Below, piece after piece: positions 58,300 to 64,000 of a stretch of DNA of 64,000 bases. The position numbers and the translations under genes are program-made. The notes beneath the pieces are model-generated. The model saw only the letters and a program-made list of their open reading frames with translations, searched no databases and was not told the DNA's origin. Each line of letters opens with the position of its first letter. Position 1 is the first letter of the stretch. Origin of the DNA: the human T2T-CHM13v2.0 reference genome, Homo sapiens; NCBI GenBank assembly GCA_009914755.4, contig CP068257.2:12576001-12640000 (forward strand). The letters are read 5' to 3'.

Positions 58300-58477
58300 G
58301 CAAATTATCATTTTCTGTGAACACAGCTCAGATTTTGGCTGGAATGGCTATGGCTATGCAGTGGCACTTCTTGTTGTAGTCTTTTTGCAAACTCTGATTC
58401 TTCAGCAATATCAACGTTTTAACATGCTCACCTCAGCAAAAGTTAAGACAGCTGTAAATGGACTGATCTACAAAAAG
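58300..58477 (+). CDS. ABCC13?: Third coding exon of the same ABCC-family gene, start of TMD1. It encodes (K)QIIIFCEHSSDFGWNGYGYAVALLVVVFLQTLILQQYQRFNMLTSAKVKTAVNGLIYKK.
   Basis: Acceptor tttttatgacgtgcag|g (AG at 58298-58299) and donor aaaaag|gtaaaa (GT at 58478-58479). The first nt completes the AA(G) codon left open by the previous exon. The residues align with ABCC3 PSWWGFLVAGLMFLCSMMQSLILQHYYHYIFVTGVKFRTGIMGVIYRK and ABCC1 [48 protein letters not shown]. Confidence 0.85.
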
Positions 58478-59264
58478 GTAAAAATTCCAAGGAATCCCCA
58501 TTCCTGGGTGGACTACTCCCTTATGTGCTTTAAAATAAGGGGGCTAGAAAAATAGGGGAGTATATCAAAAAGTCCTTAGGAAATCCTTTGTATATACATT
58601 TGTTTTGCTTTAAAAGAACTTTGGCTCATCGATACTGGTTGCATTAATTTCTCTTTAGTACATGTTCTCTCTCTCTCTTTCTCTCTCTCTGGTCTTTACA
58701 ACTTCTAGTCAGCCCTAATCCATTACATTAAAGATAATCTTTGTTTAATCTTATGCCACCTAACTGCTACTCACAAAGTGAGTGGAATTGAATATTTTCA
58801 TGGTTTTCTATATGTATGCATCAATAAAAGCTCTCCTTTTCACAATATTATTTTCAGTCTTCATATTACCTTTTCCTTTCTCCTCTGGGAACTTCATTTT
58901 TATGCAATAAAGTCACTCATTTTTATACTGTCATTCCCCATTTCTCTCTTATTCTAAGTCCTGCCTCCCAAAGTTGGCTGATCTTTATTCCTGGCATAAC
59001 CCTAAAGTTTAATTAGTCCTTTTTTTAAACACTACCTCTTTACCATGGAGGGTCTTTTATTTACAACATAATTATAAACAGTTAAAGAGCTTCCTCCCGC
59101 CCCTAGTTATCAAGTAATTATCCCAGCAACAAGTGTACTTTGTTCCCGCTTTGCACTCTGATTTAAATTGTAGGTTCATCAGGATTTGGAATAGAAATTT
59201 ATTTAGCTGTTGTATCCATATCATACAAGACAATGACTTTTATACTTTATTAAAGTTGGATTAC

Positions 59265-59288
59265 TGAATGAATGAATGAATGAATGAA
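59265..59288. repeat. (GAAT)n microsatellite
   Basis: gaatgaatgaatgaatgaatgaa. Confidence 0.85.
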
Positions 59289-61205
59289 CAAGTGAGCCCC
59301 TGCTTTCCAAATAAATTGAGGGAAGTGTTAGCATACATAACAAACATGTGGAACTAAATGCAGATTTTATAGGAGATCAGATGAACAGAAAATCTACAAG
59401 GGGTTGTACATAGTTAAGGAAGTTTTCACATAGGAAGTCTTGAAAAGGTCTTTGAGAGAGCTATTGACTTTGTGTAAGGGGAAGGAAGTGTTATAATTTG
59501 GGCTGAGCTGGACATAAAGCATTACAGGCCATTTTGATCTTTGGGCCACAATGGGGGCATGAAGTGGTTTTATGGATCTTGGAAAGCCAAGTACAAATTG
59601 AGCAGTAAATGGTAACTGAACTTGCAGCAGAGTTTAGCTCTGTAGAACTCAGTCCACATACAGGATTAGAGGGGCTGTCCCAGTCCTAATTCTAGAGGCA
59701 GTATGTGCTGCCTCCAATATGGAATAAAGATACAGAAGAATCTAGAAACTGGTTTGAATGCTAACACTTGTTTTGTTATATAGTCCATATGGAACAGGAT
59801 TTTATTCCATGATTAGAGCATTGGAGTTTAGACATGAGATGTAGGTGGATTTACAAACATAAAAGACTAAACTGCCATGAAAGAGTGAATGCAGAAGCAT
59901 AAAATGTGGAGCACGGATCACTTTCAGAGCAATAAACCACTCTGTGTGATAGTATAATCGTGAATGTATGTCATTATACATTTGTACAAACCCACAGAAT
60001 GTACAACACCAAGAGTGAACCCTAATGCAAACTATAGACTTCGGGTGATAATGATGTGTCAATGTGGTTTCATCGGCTGTGACAAATGTACCCCTCTGTG
60101 GAGGATGTTGATAATGGGGGAGGCTATGAACATGCAGGATAAGGAGTATATGAGATTTCTTTGTACCTTTCTCTCAGTTTTGCTGTGAACCTAAAACTGC
60201 TCTAAATAAAAGCAGTCCTTTGTAGGGGCAGAAAGGTGTAATACCTCTTTTCATCCATCATAAGAGTTGCAGTGGACATTCCTATAGCAAAAGACAGGTT
60301 GAAAAGAGAAAAATAAAACAAGTTAATTTAATTAAAATTTACTTCTTCAGAAGTAAGACCCAATGATCCAGGGAAAACTGTCTATTCTTATGCTTAGGTT
60401 CTATAGAGAATAGACAGCAGTGTAGAAATGTGATCAGACAAAAGGGTGTGATCTAATAGTAAGGGACTGAGAGGAGACACCCAGCATGGCCTTTCCATTC
60501 AAATTCTTCCTGGCCTCTCTGTATAGTATTCCTTTCCCTGGATATTGGATAGGACCCTTCTGGAATGATGGTCTTCAAGAGAGACGGGAAAAAGTGTTAC
60601 CTTTCTAAGTTAAATGAGGCTTGTTTGAGAGGGGTTCTAGTTCTGTGACTCACTTTTGGAAAAAGGAAAGAAAGAGGAGTGGGAGACAAAAGGGCTGGAG
60701 AGGGTCAGAGAGACTTTGCTTCTGAGGCCTTCCCAATGTTCTTCAGTTCCAAGTGCTCAGCATGCCAAGGTGCCACATTTTGGGGTATCATGTTCTGAGT
60801 CCAAACACCTTAAATGTAAAAACAGAATGGACTGAAGTAGAAATTAGAGCAAGCTGTTAGAAATTAAAAAGAGAAACAAGTGTCATCATTGAGTCTTGCA
60901 AAGTGGGAATAGTGACTACAGGGGATAGACCTTGTATAGTTCCTTAAAGATTGTTTAAGATTAAGGGACACTGAAGGATCAAAGGAGTATTGCTATCAAG
61001 CCTACTCTGTGGACCCTGTAGTGGATATTACAGTGTAACAGGAGACACAAGTCTCTCTCCATGAGGTGAACAGGGATTGTTAAATTTCCCTTCTTCTTTA
61101 TAGGTTTTAGAATTCCAGATGACTCATACTTCTCTGAAATTGGCCATACTTCATCAGGGACTTGTGACTAGAATAGGGTAAAGTTGGTCTCAGGTCCTTT
61201 TCTTG

Positions 61206-61580
61206 GTGAGGGGTTGTATTAGTCTATGTTCACACTGCTATATAGATACTATCTGATACTGGGTAATTTACAAAGGAAAGAGGTTTAATTGACTCATAGT
61301 TCTGCGTGGCTGGGTAGGCCTCAGGAAGCTTACGATCATGGTGGAAGGTGAAGGGGAAGCAAGGCACTTCTTACTTGGCAGCAAGAGAGAGAGGGAGAGC
61401 AAACGGGAAAGTGCCACTTTTAAGCCATCAGATCTCATGAGAACTCACTCACTACCATGAGAACAGCACAGGGGAAACTGCCTCCATGATCCAATCACCT
61501 CTCACCAGGTCCCTCCCTCGCCACATAGGGTTTATAATTCCAGATGAGATTTGGGTGGGGACACAGAACAAAACTATATC
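61206..61580 (-). mobile_element. THE1/MST-family MaLR solo LTR (reverse orientation)
   Basis: gtattagtctatgttcacactgctatatagatactatctgatactgggtaatttacaaaggaaagaggtttaattgactcatagttctgcgtggctgggtaggcctcaggaagcttacgatcatggtggaaggtgaag...cacagaacaaaactatatca. Confidence 0.8.
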
Positions 61581-61839
61581 AGGGGTGCAGGTATCAGGAT
61601 GTGCTTTGTTCCTTATCCATCCACAATTACTAGTGTAAGTTTGGAATAAAGTTCAGGGAATATCATTTTTAGGTTTGCAAGAAAGAACATGGGCCTCCTT
61701 CCACTTGATGACTTTAAGATTCTGTGGATCTCAAAACTCAGATTCTGTTACCCCTTAGTTCACAGGTTCAAGCTCCATGAAAATTCTTGGAGACTAAAAA
61801 ACAAAACATGACTCCAAAGAAATCATTATATCAAAAAGA

Positions 61840-62335
61840 TAACTTCACTTGTTTGTTGATCACAGCACTATTCACAACAGCAAGGATATGAAATCAACCT
61901 AAGTGTCCATCAACAGATGATCAGATAAAGAAAATGTGCTGTATATGTCTGTGTACACACACACACATGCACACACACACGCACACACACACACATACAC
62001 ATATATATACACACACACACACCATGGAATACTACTCAGTCATACAAAAGGAATGGAATCATGTCACATTTGCTAGATCATGGATAGAATTGGAGGCCAT
62101 TATCTTAAGTGAAATAACTCAGAAACAGAAAGTCAGATACCACATGTTCTCATTTATAAGTGGAAGCTAAATAACGTGTACACATGGACGTACAGAGTGA
62201 AATAATAGATATTGGAGACTAGGATGGCTGGGAGGGTGGGTAATGGTAAGGGATGAGAAACACCATGACCCAATATAGCCATGTAACAAAACTGCATTTG
62301 TACCCCCAAATCTATAAATTAAAAATAAAAAAAAA
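61840..62335 (+). mobile_element. LINE-1 3' end with an embedded (CA)n microsatellite (about 61955-62030) and a terminal A-rich tail
   Basis: cagcactattcacaacagcaaggatatgaaatcaacctaagtgtccatcaacagatgatcagataaagaaaatgtg...ccatggaatactactcagtcatacaaaaggaatggaatcatgtcacatttgctag...ttataagtggaagctaaataacgtgtacacatggacgtacagag...aattaaaaataaaaaaaaaag. Confidence 0.8.
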
Positions 62336-62958
62336 AGAACTTTTTTTAAAAAGAAGCATCAATTAAACCTGGGTTTAATGTGGGCAGTCTGGGGGAATTC
62401 CTCCATTAAGCGTTGTCCAATAGAGTTTTTGTGATTTTTTTTAAAAATGTTCTGTATTTGCACTGTACAGTATGGTAGGCACTAATCACATATGGCTGCT
62501 GAGCCCTTGAAATGTAACTAGTACAACTAAAGAAGTCCATTTTTAATTTTAATTAATTTAAATTTTAATATAATAACCACATCTGGCTAGTGGCTACCAT
62601 ATTGGCTAGTATGGTGTCTACACTGTCTCCATTTGTAGTTTAAAGGTGTTATCTTACTTTAATTATGGTAATTATAAAACGCAAAAAAAATGGTAAAAAT
62701 TTAGTTACATTCTTAAAGTAGAGATACTTAAGTATAGTCAGGAGAAGGAGAGACAGAATCCAAATCCTGCCCTTAGAGTCAGAAAGAGAATCTTGGCATA
62801 TTTATTGGCACACAAGGGATTGAAGAATGCATTCTTATAAGTGTTATGTGCTGCCACCTTCAGCTTTACCATTTCTCATACTTCTGGTTGAAGATCATTG
62901 GGATGTGAATTTTTGGAGCCCTTGCGGCTCTACATTAAATGATGTGTATTACTTGCAG

Positions 62959-63111
62959 CTAGGATGGTCAGGAAAAGTGTCATGGTTAATATTGCATGAT
63001 GTGGGTCATGGAATAATGGAAGGATACATTGCATGGGGTAAAGGCTCTGATGTTAGAATAACTTGGGAGAAAAAAAGTACAGAAATGCGTACAAGGCCTG
63101 CTCAGAAAATG
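62959..63111 (+). other. Exon-like open segment (51 codons) bounded by acceptor ttacttgcag| and a strong donor aaaatg|gtgagtag. Status unknown.
   Basis: It is part of the 114-aa + strand ORF 62827-63171 and has consensus-quality splice signals at both ends. The length is a multiple of 3. There is no convincing similarity to the expected next MRP exon (...NLMSVDAQ...). Confidence 0.2.
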
Positions 63112-63802
63112 GTGAGTAGATTAAATCGGCTTGAGACAATGTTTTATGTCCAGAATGGTGGGGAGAGATAGTAAAGGCAGAAGGGATTGCTTAAAAAAAA
63201 AAAAAAACTTGAAAGCTATATTTTTAAAATGTACCTGAATTCTATAGGAAATTGGGACCCAGCTGAGCCATAAGATGGATGATCAGGACAAAAGGATTAA
63301 AAACAGATGAGATGGGAAAGAAGGAGACCCTTAGAGCTAGTGCAATAATTGAAGAAATAAAGAAATGAAGAACTAGGGTCATGGCATGGAGTCTAGAAAG
63401 TAACAAATATATAAGAAGGAGAATGTGAAATTGCAAAACAAATTTCATCGTCAGTTCATAAAATGAAATATTAAGGACTGAACTAGTGATAATCAAGATT
63501 GTGGGGCTTGGAACTATATCTGGTTCATGTTGATTTTCTTAGAGCATAATTCAATTAGGGAAATGAATGAAGTTTTAAAAACAGATGAGTCACACAGCTT
63601 TATGTGTGTGTGTGAGTGTGTGGGTGTATTAAGATGTGTATGATATGAAAATACTGTAGAAAACAAATCTAAAACTTGGATAGAATTTTAAAGTAACAGC
63701 TTCTTAGAAAAGTGATTAGGTAACAAATGACCTGGCTAATTTTCATTTTGATTGAAGAGTACTTAGAAGCTTCCAAACTTTTAACATTGTTTTAAATTTC
63801 CT

Positions 63803-63892
63803 TTCTTTTATTTGTTTATTTACTTATTTTTATTTTTTATTTATTTATTATTTATTTATTTATTTATTCATTCATTTATTTATTTATTTATT
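63803..63892. repeat. (ATTT)n/(TTTA)n microsatellite
   Basis: ttatttatttacttatttttattttttatttatttattatttatttatttatttattcattcatttatttatttatttatttt. Confidence 0.85.
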
Positions 63893-64000
63893 TTGAGACG
63901 GAGTCTCGCTCTGTCACCCAGGCTGGAGTGCAGCGGCGCGATCTCGGCTCACTGCAAGCTCCGCCTGGGATTACAGGCGTGAGTCACCGCGCCCGGCAGA
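63893..64000 (-). mobile_element. Alu SINE (reverse orientation) with an internal deletion, running to the window edge
   Basis: gagacggagtctcgctctgtcacccaggctggagtgcagcggcgcgatctcggctcactgcaagctccgcc|tgggattacaggcgtgagtcaccgcgcccggc. The middle of the element is missing. Confidence 0.85.

Overview
This 64-kb window is primate (human-like) nuclear DNA, so the prokaryote-style ORF track is mostly uninformative here. Most of the long ORFs it reports lie inside Alu, L1, LTR or GC-rich sequence and are artefacts. The window is AT-rich, repeat-dense and gene-poor: about 13 Alu elements (many with intact target-site duplications), two L1 3' ends and an L1 ORF2 fragment, four THE1/MST-type MaLR LTRs, MLT1-like fragments, an ERV LTR with an unusual inverted-repeat architecture, a solo HERV-K LTR5 and numerous microsatellites. 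The main biological content is on the + strand. Three consecutive, phase-compatible exons (54280-54427, 55134-55276, 58300-58477) with canonical AG/GT splice sites encode about 155 aa. These residues align convincingly to the L0-linker/start-of-TMD1 region of 'long' MRP-type ABC transporters (ABCC1/2/3-like: ...LGYKRPLE..., KPSLLYALWNTF..., LQTLILQQY..., TAVNGLIYKK). The protein is not identical to ABCC1, ABCC2, ABCC3 or ABCC6 as I recall them. The best hypothesis is the chr21q11.2 ABCC13 (pseudo)gene, but I cannot verify this without a search. About 13.4 kb upstream there is a CpG island carrying a 64-bp tandem duplication and a candidate first coding exon (ATG at 40819, 22 codons, donor cag|gtaaag at 40885). 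I could not locate TMD0-encoding exons or further downstream ABCC exons by eye. Other structures worth a second look are a ~190-bp inverted repeat pair embedded in and flanking the ERV LTR at 15.9-17.3 kb, a ~70-bp inverted repeat pair spaced 2.7 kb apart at 34.96/37.74 kb, two closely spaced inverted Alu pairs, an 80-bp tandem duplication and an AT-rich minisatellite-like block. I see no CRISPR, rRNA or tRNA genes.
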